Part shown: piece after piece, positions 17,843-25,571 of the stretch | How the letters are laid out: every line of letters starts with the position of its first letter | Numbering within the stretch: position 1 is the stretch's first letter | Assembly (NCBI RefSeq): GCF_000012805.1 | Contig: NC_007484.1 | Span: 3,240,001 to 3,272,000, forward strand | From: Nitrosococcus oceani ATCC 19707 | GTDB taxonomy: Bacteria > Pseudomonadota > Gammaproteobacteria > Nitrosococcales > Nitrosococcaceae | DNA: 32,000 nucleotides | Direction: 5' to 3' | The notes under the pieces: model-generated | Databases searched by the model: none | Seen by the model: the letters and a program-made list of their open reading frames with translations, nothing else | Told to the model about the DNA's origin: nothing | Position numbers and translations under genes: made by a program

Positions 17843-18454
17843 TTAGGTTTTAAACAGACCTTGGCGTTCAATGAAATCAATGATCTGATCGAGCCCCTCC
17901 CCGCTTTTTAAATTGCTGAACAAAAAGGGGCGCTCGCCACGCATTTTGCGTGCGTCTCGGTCCATGACTTCCAAGGAAGCACCTACGAGGGGAGCTAAAT
18001 CAGTCTTATTGATAATCAGCAAATCGGATTTACAAATTCCAGGACCACCTTTACGGGGGATTTTCTCGCCCGCGGCGACATCAATCACATACAGGGTTAA
18101 ATCGGACAACTCAGGGCTGAAGGTCGCCGCCAAGTTGTCGCCGCCGGATTCCACCAAGATCAGATCAAGATCTGAAAAACGCTGGCTAAGTTGGGCCACC
18201 GCCTCCAGATTAATAGAAGCATCTTCCCGAATCGCCGTATGAGGACAGCCGCCTGTTTCCACGCCAATAATCCGCTCTTGCGCAAGCGCCTGGTGGCGCA
18301 CCAGAAATTGAGCATCCTCCTCGGTATAAATATCATTAGTGACGACGGCCACATTGTAGCGATTGCGCAAGGCATTGCAGAGAGAAAGGGTAAGGGTTGT
18401 CTTACCGGACCCCACCGGACCTCCTATGCCAACACGCAGAGGTTGCTTACTCAT
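17843..18454 (-). CDS. ureG: UreG, urease accessory GTPase
   Basis: 203-aa ORF with the P-loop [10 protein letters not shown], the ETGGCPH metal-binding motif, and ESGGDNL and NKTDL GTPase motifs. Confidence 0.95.
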   Translation of the reverse strand: MSKQPLRVGIGGPVGSGKTTLTLSLCNALRNRYNVAVVTNDIYTEEDAQFLVRHQALAQERIIGVETGGCPHTAIREDASINLEAVAQLSQRFSDLDLILVESGGDNLAATFSPELSDLTLYVIDVAAGEKIPRKGGPGICKSDLLIINKTDLAPLVGASLEVMDRDARKMRGERPFLFSNLKSGEGLDQIIDFIERQGLFKT

Positions 18455-18468
18455 TATTAATAAACCTC

Positions 18469-19143
18469 CTAGGATCGAAATAAACGAGTGTATTGAGTTT
18501 CATGGATCATAGAAGCAATCGAGAGGCCCAACGTACCGTTGGCCAGCTGCTCATCAGAGCATGCCAGAGCAGTCTCAAGAGCTTCATCCAGTTCTGGCAA
18601 CAGCTGCGAGAGCAGCCGCTGGGCCGCCTGCTGACCCAAAGGTAGCGCTTTCATTAACGCCGCCAGTTGATTTTCTAGCCAACCCCAAAGCCAAGCAGCC
18701 ACCGCGCTTCGGGTGTCAAGGTTCCAAGTTCGAGCAGCCACTGCCCAGACCAAGGGCAAAGGCGGTTCCACAAAACCCAACAGCTGATGCCGCATCGCCT
18801 CATCCAATTCAGGCAAATCGTTTAACAGCTGAACCAAGGAAAAACCCATTTGCCGGCTTTCCTGGTATAGCTCGCGGGTTTCACGGCTGGCGACATACTC
18901 TTCCGCCCAATAAAATAACTGCTGCCACTGCCCCTGGGCCGCTGCCTCCAACATGCGGGCAAACAGGGGCGCTTCAAAACAGGCGATATTCATGGCTAAT
19001 TGGTCAGAAAGCCAGAGGCGGACGCTGTCGGCATCCCAGACAATGCCCTGATCGATAGCGCTCTCTAGCCCCTGGGAATAGGTATAGGCACCAATAGGCA
19101 ATTGCGGACTTGCTAGACGCAACAAGGGCCAAAGACTGTTCAT
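18469..19143 (-). CDS. ureF: UreF, urease accessory protein
   Basis: 224-aa ORF whose N-terminus [21 protein letters not shown] is typical of UreF. Its start overlaps the ureE stop (ATGA). It lies between ureE and ureG. Confidence 0.9.
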   Translation of the reverse strand: MNSLWPLLRLASPQLPIGAYTYSQGLESAIDQGIVWDADSVRLWLSDQLAMNIACFEAPLFARMLEAAAQGQWQQLFYWAEEYVASRETRELYQESRQMGFSLVQLLNDLPELDEAMRHQLLGFVEPPLPLVWAVAARTWNLDTRSAVAAWLWGWLENQLAALMKALPLGQQAAQRLLSQLLPELDEALETALACSDEQLANGTLGLSIASMIHETQYTRLFRS

Positions 19144-19643
19144 TGGCTCCCTCCGAAATGGTGCAAACGGGGCTTGGAATGGAACTCATCCCCCTCATGA
19201 TGGCTGTGACTATGATGGTGGCCCCCTCCATAAGCGCCCGATTCGGGTTGGTAAGGAGCAGTAACCTCGAAAACTTCCACACCGAGGCGCATTAGCATAT
19301 CGCGCAGCACATAATCTGGCGGTAAACGCAACCAGTGCGCTCCTATCTCCAAACGCACATGACGATTGCCCAGATGATAGGCAGCCCGAACCAAAGTAAG
19401 CGGATCGGAGGTGCGTACCTCCATCAATAGCTCGGGCTTAGCCTGGATAGCCAGTACCAGGCCTTCCGCGGTTCCCAAGCGTTCTCCTTCAACTAGAGGC
19501 GCGCCCCGTTCGATGAGAAAAGCGGCCTCACGGCCATCGGGTAATGGGAAGCGCAACCGGCTGCGCTCCCGCTGCTCAAAAGTAAAAGCCATCTCTAGAT
19601 CTGCCGGAGTATCGCTTGGCAGACGCCGCTCAAAGCACAGCAT
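19140..19643 (-). CDS. ureE: UreE, urease nickel metallochaperone with a His-rich tail
   Basis: 167-aa ORF with the conserved AYHLGNRHV motif and the C-terminal His-rich tail GGGHHHSHSHHEGDEFH. Confidence 0.92.
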   Translation of the reverse strand: MLCFERRLPSDTPADLEMAFTFEQRERSRLRFPLPDGREAAFLIERGAPLVEGERLGTAEGLVLAIQAKPELLMEVRTSDPLTLVRAAYHLGNRHVRLEIGAHWLRLPPDYVLRDMLMRLGVEVFEVTAPYQPESGAYGGGHHHSHSHHEGDEFHSKPRLHHFGGSQ

Positions 19644-19661
19644 AAGCTTAAAGAGTCCCTG

Positions 19662-21362
19662 CTAAAATAGAAAATAACGTTGGGCCATGGGCAGAACCTT
19701 AGATGGCTCGAACCATAAAAGCTGGCCATCGGCACGCACCTGATAGTTCTGAGGGTCCACTTCTATGCGCGGCAGCGCGTTGTTATGGATCAGATCGCTT
19801 TTGCGCAGGCCGCGAATATTTTTCACCGCCACAAGACGCTTCTGGAGGCCCAGCTTCTCGCCGATGCCTTCATCTAACCCTGCTTGGGAAACAAAGCTGA
19901 CGCAGCTCGCGGTGCGGCTGCCGCCAAAACTGCCGAACATGGGACGGTAATGCACCGGCTGCGGGGTGGGAATAGAGGCGTTGGGATCCCCCATGGGAGC
20001 AGTGACAATCACACCTCCTTTTAGCACCAAACTTGGCTTAACCCCAAAGAAGGCTGGTTTCCACAGCACCAAATCCGCCAGTTTCCCCACTTCTATCGAG
20101 CCGATCTCGTGGGCTATTCCATGGGTGATCGCCGGGTTAATCGTGTACTTGGCAATATAGCGCTTAATGCGAAAATTATCATGATCCCCCTTATCCTCCG
20201 GTAAGGTACCCCGGTCGCGTTTCATAACTGATGCGCTCTGCCAAGTGCGCAAGATCACCTCCCCCACCCGGCCCATGGCCTGGGAGTCGGAACCATGCAT
20301 ACTCAACGCTCCCATATCATGTAGGGCATCCTCGGCGGAAATCGTCTCCCGCCGAATACGGCTTTCGGCAAAGGCCACATCTTCCGGAATGGAAGGGTCC
20401 AGGTGATGGCAAACCATCAACATGTCTAGGTGCTCATCTATGGTATTTGCCGTGAAGGGAGTGGTCGGGTTAGTGGAACTAGGCAGTACGTTCGCCTCGC
20501 CGCAAGCCTTGATGATATCCGGCGCGTGGCCACCCCCGGCACCTTCCGTATGATAGGTATGAATAGTGCGGTCCTTGAAGGCGGCAATCGTGTCCTCAAC
20601 GAAACCGGATTCATTGAGGGTATCCGTATGAATAGTCACCTGCACATCGAAACGCTCCGCCACGCTCAAACAATTATCAATGGCGGCTGGCGTGGTACCC
20701 CAGTCTTCGTGCAACTTAAGACCGAGTACCCCCGCCCGTACCTGCTCCTCAAGGGATTGGGGTAAACTGGCATTGCCCTTACCTAAAAAACCCATATTTA
20801 TGGGGAAAGCATCCGCCGCCTGGAGCATCCGTCCAATATTCCATGACCCCGGCGTGCAGGTAGTCGCATTGGTGCCAGTTGCTGGGCCTGTGCCGCCGCC
20901 AATCAGGGTAGTCACCCCCGAGGTTAGCGCTTCTTCCACTAACTGGGGACAGATAAAATGAACATGGCTATCGATACCTCCTGCGGTGAGAATCTTGCCT
21001 TCCCCAGCAATAACTTCAGTCGCGGCCCCAATATTAATATCTACGTTAGGTTGGGTGTCAGGGTTCCCGGCTTTGCCTATCGCCGCGATACGACCATCCT
21101 TGATGCCCACATCAGCCTTGATGATTCCCCAATGGTCTACAATGAGAGCATTGGTAATCACCAAATCCATGACCTGATCCCTGGAAAGCTGGCTTTGGCC
21201 CATCCCATCACGGATGACCTTGCCACCACCAAATTTAACCTCATCTCCATAGGTCGTTAAATCCCGTTCCACTTTGATCCACAGATCCGTGTCGGCTAAA
21301 CGCACCCGGTCTCCTGTAGTAGGGCCATAGGTATCCGCATAAGCGTGCCGAGAAATTTTCAT
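19662..21362 (-). CDS. ureC: UreC, urease alpha (catalytic) subunit
   Basis: 566-aa ORF with urease active-site blocks: [32 protein letters not shown] and MVCHHLD. Confidence 0.97.
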
Positions 21363-21664
21363 AGCGCCCCCATAATTTTGCCGTTAAACCCATATACATG
21401 GCGCCGCCCTGCATACTCCACCAGTTCTACCGTACGGCTTTGTCCAGGTTCAAAACGCACCGCATTACCCGCCGGGATATTTAAGCGCATCCCCCGGGTC
21501 TTATCCCGATCGAAGGACAAGGCGCCATTGGTTTCAAAAAAATGAAAATGAGATCCTACTTGGATGGGGCGATCACCCGTGTTAGCTACACTGATCGAAA
21601 GCGTACGGCGGCCCGCATTAAGCTCGATATCTCCGCCCGCTGTTTGTACTTCCCCTGGTATCAT
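21359..21664 (-). CDS. ureB: UreB, urease beta subunit
   Basis: 101-aa ORF starting MIPGE, with the conserved [15 protein letters not shown]. Its stop overlaps the ureC start (ATGA). Confidence 0.95.
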
Positions 21665-21694
21665 GGGTATAGATCCTCTTTATTATCATTAATT

Positions 21695-21997
21695 TTAGGT
21701 AATAGGATGGTGGACCGTCACCAGCTTAGTACCATCGGGAAAGGTGGCCTCTACCTGGATATCAGATATCATTTCCGGCACTCCTTCCATGACTTCATCC
21801 CGGGTCAATAAAGTCGTGCCGTGGTGCATCAACTCGGCAACGCTCATACCCTCCCGTGCTTTCTCCAGCACGGCTGCGGAAATGTACGCTACTGCCTCCG
21901 GATAATTGAGTTTCAAACCCCGCTCGCGGCGTCTTTCGGCTACCAAGCCCGCGGTAAAAATCAGCATCTTGTCTTTTTCCCGTGGAGTGAGTTCCAT
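21695..21997 (-). CDS. ureA: UreA, urease gamma subunit
   Basis: 100-aa ORF starting [23 protein letters not shown], the canonical urease gamma N-terminus. Confidence 0.95.
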   Translation of the reverse strand: MELTPREKDKMLIFTAGLVAERRRERGLKLNYPEAVAYISAAVLEKAREGMSVAELMHHGTTLLTRDEVMEGVPEMISDIQVEATFPDGTKLVTVHHPIT

Positions 21998-22014
21998 AAA
22001 ACCTCCTTAACAGT

Positions 22015-22905
22015 TCAGGTATTCCAAATACGAGGAATAGATACGGAGCGGCCCAATAAAGCGGGACGCAGTTCTTGCCACAAGGCGATAAACCAATTGC
22101 GCGCTGCCTCGGTTTCCTCACCCAGAAAGCGCGCGACAACTAGCCCTGGAAGTTGGCTCAAACCGCCACGCCCTCCTTCGATTGGAAGGCTGCGGCAGGC
22201 GGTTAACTGCTGATCGTTTAGCTCTCCACTCGCGAGCAAGGTGCCCGCCACGGGATAGCCAGCAAAACCAATGGGCGATTCGAGCAATCGGCTGCCCCCA
22301 AGCAGTTGCATCCGCTCACTCCAAAGCAGACGGCCGTTGCGGCGCAGGCGAAATCGTTGATAAATCCGTCCTGAGTTAAACCGCTCCCCGCTGGCAGGCC
22401 GGCCAAGGGCAATAATATCCCAAGCAATTACCTTGGCATCCTCAGCCAAGTCAATAGTGGTATCCAACGCTGTCTGACAACCTGCAAAAAAAATGGTCTC
22501 TTGGGGCAACCATTCAAGGATGCCACCAGGCTCCGTGCTCAATGCCAGGTTTTGCCGAGCTAACGAAACCTCGGAGCGGTACCACTTTGCTGCCCCAGGA
22601 CTGGTCAGCTGCGCCCAGGCATGGGAGCCCGCATGTATTTGGATATCCAAGGTATCACCCCCCGCGATACCCCCGGGAGGATGTAAAATCATATGCTGAC
22701 AAACTGCTGGCCCTTCCGGATAAAGGTGTTTTTGTACCCGCAGCGGTCCTTGATGACGCCGCAAGACGGGCACAGTGCGCATTTTCACCCGCTGATAACC
22801 AAGTTCAAGCTTAGCGGGCCAAGACAAAGGGAGTAGGTCAGTTTTGGCAGGAGGAGCATCCGCCGCTTCACAAGGCATCTGCTTAAAAACAGCTATTTTT
22901 TTCAT
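22015..22905 (-). CDS. ureD: UreD (UreH), urease accessory protein
   Basis: 296-aa ORF immediately upstream of ureA, with UreD-like blocks ([19 protein letters not shown]). The start is uncertain between MKK at 22905 and an internal Met. Confidence 0.85.
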   Translation of the reverse strand: MKKIAVFKQMPCEAADAPPAKTDLLPLSWPAKLELGYQRVKMRTVPVLRRHQGPLRVQKHLYPEGPAVCQHMILHPPGGIAGGDTLDIQIHAGSHAWAQLTSPGAAKWYRSEVSLARQNLALSTEPGGILEWLPQETIFFAGCQTALDTTIDLAEDAKVIAWDIIALGRPASGERFNSGRIYQRFRLRRNGRLLWSERMQLLGGSRLLESPIGFAGYPVAGTLLASGELNDQQLTACRSLPIEGGRGGLSQLPGLVVARFLGEETEAARNWFIALWQELRPALLGRSVSIPRIWNT

Positions 22906-22982
22906 AGGCCGCTCGCTTCAATTCATAAAATGAGCGTATAAAACCCACTGGGGACTAAAGATTTTAGGGCTCTGCGACACCT

Positions 22983-24098
22983 CTATTCCCTTTGATCCTC
23001 CATCGGCTTTTCTGGGTCCAGCTGATGCGGCGAATCACGCCTTTTTTCAGGGGCCCCCTCAATTTCCTGGGCCGCAAAGCGAGCTAAATTGGCTTCCGGG
23101 GTAAGAGCTTCCGCTGGCAGAATATATCTTAATCTGCCAACACTCATCGCCCCGAGCAGCAGCGCCCAGGTAACGATAACAAAGGGGAAAGTGTAAACGG
23201 GAAATTCCAGGTGATACAGGGCAAGCCCAACCGCCAAACTCACCCAAACGGTAACCACCACGCCAAACAAAGCATAGAAGCCAGAACTGATAGTAAAACG
23301 AACAAATAAGACGACCGCTAATGCCGTTAAAATTGGATTATAACTGTGAAGTCCTAGTCGAATACTCTCCTCAGTCACACCAAATAGCATGGCTGCCGTA
23401 ATAGATAGCAACGCTGCTAGCAAACCCATGATTGCGCTGATACGGGAATTAATGAGAATCCCCAGTAAAATTAGATATCCCGCAATGGCGCTATCTTGCA
23501 AAAAAATCTCACTGAATCCCTTGCCAATGCCCATGTACCAGGTTTCTAAAGTGTATTGCCGATATTCTTCTATACGGTGGCCAATCTCAGGCTGAAAAAG
23601 TTGGTAGGCATAGCTCTCCAAGGCGCCCGGCGTTTCAAGCTTGACGGTATGCTCAACCGATCCTACGAATATCCAAGCGCACAACACAAAGGGCATGGTC
23701 AAAGCAGGCATGTTCCAGGGAGAAAGAAACCTGCTGAGCGCCATCATCACCACCGTTGAGAAAGCTGATCCCATCACAACCAGAGACCATATCTTCCAAA
23801 CCGGCAGATCACCCAGGGTAACATTATGACTACTATAAAGACTGATCGCGATCCCTACCAAAACGCCATTAAAACCCAACAACCCAGCCCCAATAAGATC
23901 CTTATCAACCTTTAATAAAACGGCTGTCAGAGTACTGACGATCACTCCCACTAAAGCTGCCGTTCCCGCTGCTAAAGAAGCAAAAAAAAGGCCGGTTAGA
24001 ATAACCAGCCCTGAGATAGGATTGTTCTGAAATACAACTTGCCCAACGCCTCGCAGCAAAACGCTGACAGCTTTTATCATTATTTTTAATGACTGCAT
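22983..24098 (-). CDS. Urea transporter, UT (SLC14-like) family
   Basis: Polytopic membrane protein with the two-fold internal repeat typical of UT proteins: LRGVGQVVFQNNPISGLVILTGLF and GFSEIFLQDSAIAGYLILLGIL. I prefer the ATG at 24098 (MQSLKIM, preceded by GAGGG) over the GTG at 24125. It has a hydrophilic C-terminal tail of about 40 aa. Confidence 0.85.
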   Translation of the reverse strand: MQSLKIMIKAVSVLLRGVGQVVFQNNPISGLVILTGLFFASLAAGTAALVGVIVSTLTAVLLKVDKDLIGAGLLGFNGVLVGIAISLYSSHNVTLGDLPVWKIWSLVVMGSAFSTVVMMALSRFLSPWNMPALTMPFVLCAWIFVGSVEHTVKLETPGALESYAYQLFQPEIGHRIEEYRQYTLETWYMGIGKGFSEIFLQDSAIAGYLILLGILINSRISAIMGLLAALLSITAAMLFGVTEESIRLGLHSYNPILTALAVVLFVRFTISSGFYALFGVVVTVWVSLAVGLALYHLEFPVYTFPFVIVTWALLLGAMSVGRLRYILPAEALTPEANLARFAAQEIEGAPEKRRDSPHQLDPEKPMEDQRE

Positions 24099-24141
24099 AA
24101 CCCTCACACTTTCATACCCTCGCACTTTCGTAGCTTATTAC

Positions 24142-24170
24142 TATATAACTTATATTTTCGGCTTTTGTAA
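24142..24170 (-). promoter_or_regulatory. Candidate sigma70 promoter for the urea transporter and urease operon
   Basis: On the minus strand there is a TTACAA (24165-24170), a 17-nt spacer, then TATATA (24142-24147). It lies about 45 nt upstream of the ATG at 24098. Confidence 0.3.
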
Positions 24171-24462
24171 AGTACTCTCTCTAAATCATAAATCACGTGG
24201 AATAAGCTTCGCCCAACCTCTCGGGTAAGTATCGCTTCGCTACCAGCACTTACTAGGGGGTATTTAAATAAAAGTAATGAGGTCAGATAATAGAATAAAA
24301 TATTACAGAGGAGGCAGTAGAGAAAAACTTAAAGACTGCTATTTCCCCCATACCCTGCTCTGCCTCCGCAGTTCTTTATATAATTCACGAACTAATTTTC
24401 AATTAGAAATAATGGGATGATGAACTCGGGTTGCTGTCTCTAAATCTTTGGAAAACAGCTTA

Positions 24463-24639
24463 TTATCCAGCCTGTTGGTTGCGGCAAGCACATGCGCCGT
24501 GTTCACAGCCTTGCTCCCTAGCGCACGCTTCACTACAGTATACTTGTCCGTCTTTCTTTACGCCTTCCTCAGCGGTGACGACACACGAGCAGGGAGCATG
24601 CGCGCATTTCATCGTAGAACTCTGCGTGTCAGTATTCAT
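24463..24639 (-). CDS. Bacterial metallothionein, SmtA/BmtA family (58 aa; not in the supplied ORF track)
   Basis: My own translation gives MNTDTQSSTMKCAHAPCSCVVTAEEGVKKDGQVYCSEACAREQGCEHGACACRNQQAG, followed by TAA TAA. GAGGAG lies 10 nt upstream of the ATG. It aligns with Synechococcus SmtA as I recall it (KCACEPCLCNV...NGLYYCSEACADGH...GCGHTGCNC). The KCAxxPCxC, YCSEACA and C-x-H-x-x-C-x-C blocks are shared. I count 8 Cys and 2 His. Confidence 0.8.
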   Translation of the reverse strand: MNTDTQSSTMKCAHAPCSCVVTAEEGVKKDGQVYCSEACAREQGCEHGACACRNQQAG

Positions 24640-24673
24640 TTACTATAGTCTCCTCATTATACAAGCGCCAAGG

Positions 24674-24706
24674 AAAAAGACTATCGGAACTAACGATAGT
24701 CTTTTT
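24674..24706 (-). terminator. Hairpin / bidirectional-looking intrinsic terminator between the lipoprotein and metallothionein genes
   Basis: The element reads AAAAAGACTATCG-GAACTAA-CGATAGTCTTTTT. It has a perfect 8-bp core stem (24679-24686 pairing with 24694-24701), extendable by five A-T pairs, and a 7-nt loop. A T-run follows on the minus strand. It begins 15 nt after the lipoprotein stop. Confidence 0.55.
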
Positions 24707-24720
24707 CCAACCTGGTTTTC

Positions 24721-24990
24721 TTATTCTTTCGGCATGTCTACATCTACGTCAGGTACTTCTATCTCCTTTGTTTCAGTATCCACATCCACATCAGGAACTT
24801 CTATCTGTTTTTTCTCGGTGCCCACGTCCACATCTGGAGTATCTACATCATATTCTGGCATTTGGCCCGACTCTGTTTGGATATCAACATCTGGCATCTC
24901 ACCTTCTTGCGTTTTATCCACATCACAACCTGCTAGCACAAACGAAAACGCTAATAATAACGCGCTTATACTCAAGTTTTTATAAATCAT
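24721..24990 (-). CDS. Small, highly acidic lipoprotein with tandem PDVDV repeats
   Basis: 89-aa ORF with AGGAGG 6 nt upstream of the ATG. Lipoprotein signal peptide with the lipobox LAGC (Cys22). The mature part contains five (M/T/V)P(D/E)(V/Y)D(V/I)-type repeats, including two near-identical EIEVPDVDVD units. I count 24 Asp plus Glu against 5 Lys in 68 mature residues. Confidence 0.75.
   Translation of the reverse strand: MIYKNLSISALLLAFSFVLAGCDVDKTQEGEMPDVDIQTESGQMPEYDVDTPDVDVGTEKKQIEVPDVDVDTETKEIEVPDVDVDMPKE
24736..24897 (-). repeat. Intragenic tandem repeat (42-45-nt units plus degenerate copies) encoding the PDVDV motif
   Basis: Unit 24736-24777 and unit 24778-24822 share 24 of their first 29 nt (gtctacatctacgtcaggtacttctatct against atccacatccacatcaggaacttctatct). 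Shorter acatc(t/c)gg copies continue to about 24897. Confidence 0.7.
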
Positions 24991-25571
24991 AATACCTCCT
25001 GTGGCATTTTATTTTTACTACGTTTTGCTTTTCCTTAACCCTGACGGCAATATTTTTGAGTTCTACTAAAAGCACTCCACATTAATACTAGTACAAGTTA
25101 AATTAGCCTGCATTAATATTTTTACTATCAACCTAATAAATATTACAACTTCATTGTCAAATTTGCGTTTTTATTAGAACCATCAATGCGCTAAATTGAA
25201 CCCGATTACGACCTGATAGAACGCCCTCCAGCATTTGCGCTATACACTACAAGAAGCACATGTAATCTACACATTACAATTGTGTGCTAATTGGATAGAT
25301 CTAAACCAGTCTCGCCACTTTGACAAGGTAAATATTAATCATTTATGTTAATTTATACTGCCCGCGCAAATAAGGACATCCTGCTTAAGCACAGCAGGAA
25401 AGGGCAATTAGAACTTTGGGGAAGGGAAAAAGTTAAAGTATAAGGAGAGACGTTTGAGTGTCGTTGCTTAACCTCTTTTTTGGGAATTCCAAATTAATTA
25501 TTTTACCTAATGTTAGCCATGGATAAAATATTATAATGGCTATAGCTTATTTGAATAGACGTTAGCTTGAG

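Noticed and set aside
22906-22982. Searched for a terminator or promoter between the urea transporter and ureD
   Set aside because: No convincing GC-rich hairpin with a T-run and no good -35/-10 pair were found. The transporter and ureDABCEFG-hupE are most simply read as one operon.
24100-24125. GTATGA half-site suggestive of a NikR operator (GTATGA-N16-TCATAC) just upstream of the urea transporter start
   Set aside because: The sequence 16 nt downstream is CAGTCA, not TCATAC, so there is only one half-site.
24283-24367. A 22-codon hydrophobic mini-ORF (MGEIAVFKFFSTASSVIFYSII) with GGAGG 11 nt upstream, and an 8-bp stem GGAGGCAG/CTGCCTCC that would sequester that SD
   Set aside because: The stem encloses a 42-nt loop and is weak. 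The ORF is too short to evaluate without conservation or ribosome-profiling data. It is noted only as a possible leader peptide or attenuator between the metallothionein and urea-transporter genes.
24431-24985. 184-aa plus-strand ORF with striking Ser/Thr-rich repeats (STSTSGTSISF...)
   Set aside because: It is the antisense mirror of the metallothionein and PDVDV lipoprotein genes. Its repeats are simply the reverse complement of the GAT/GTG-rich repeat. It has no RBS, whereas both minus-strand genes have strong SD sequences and recognisable protein features.
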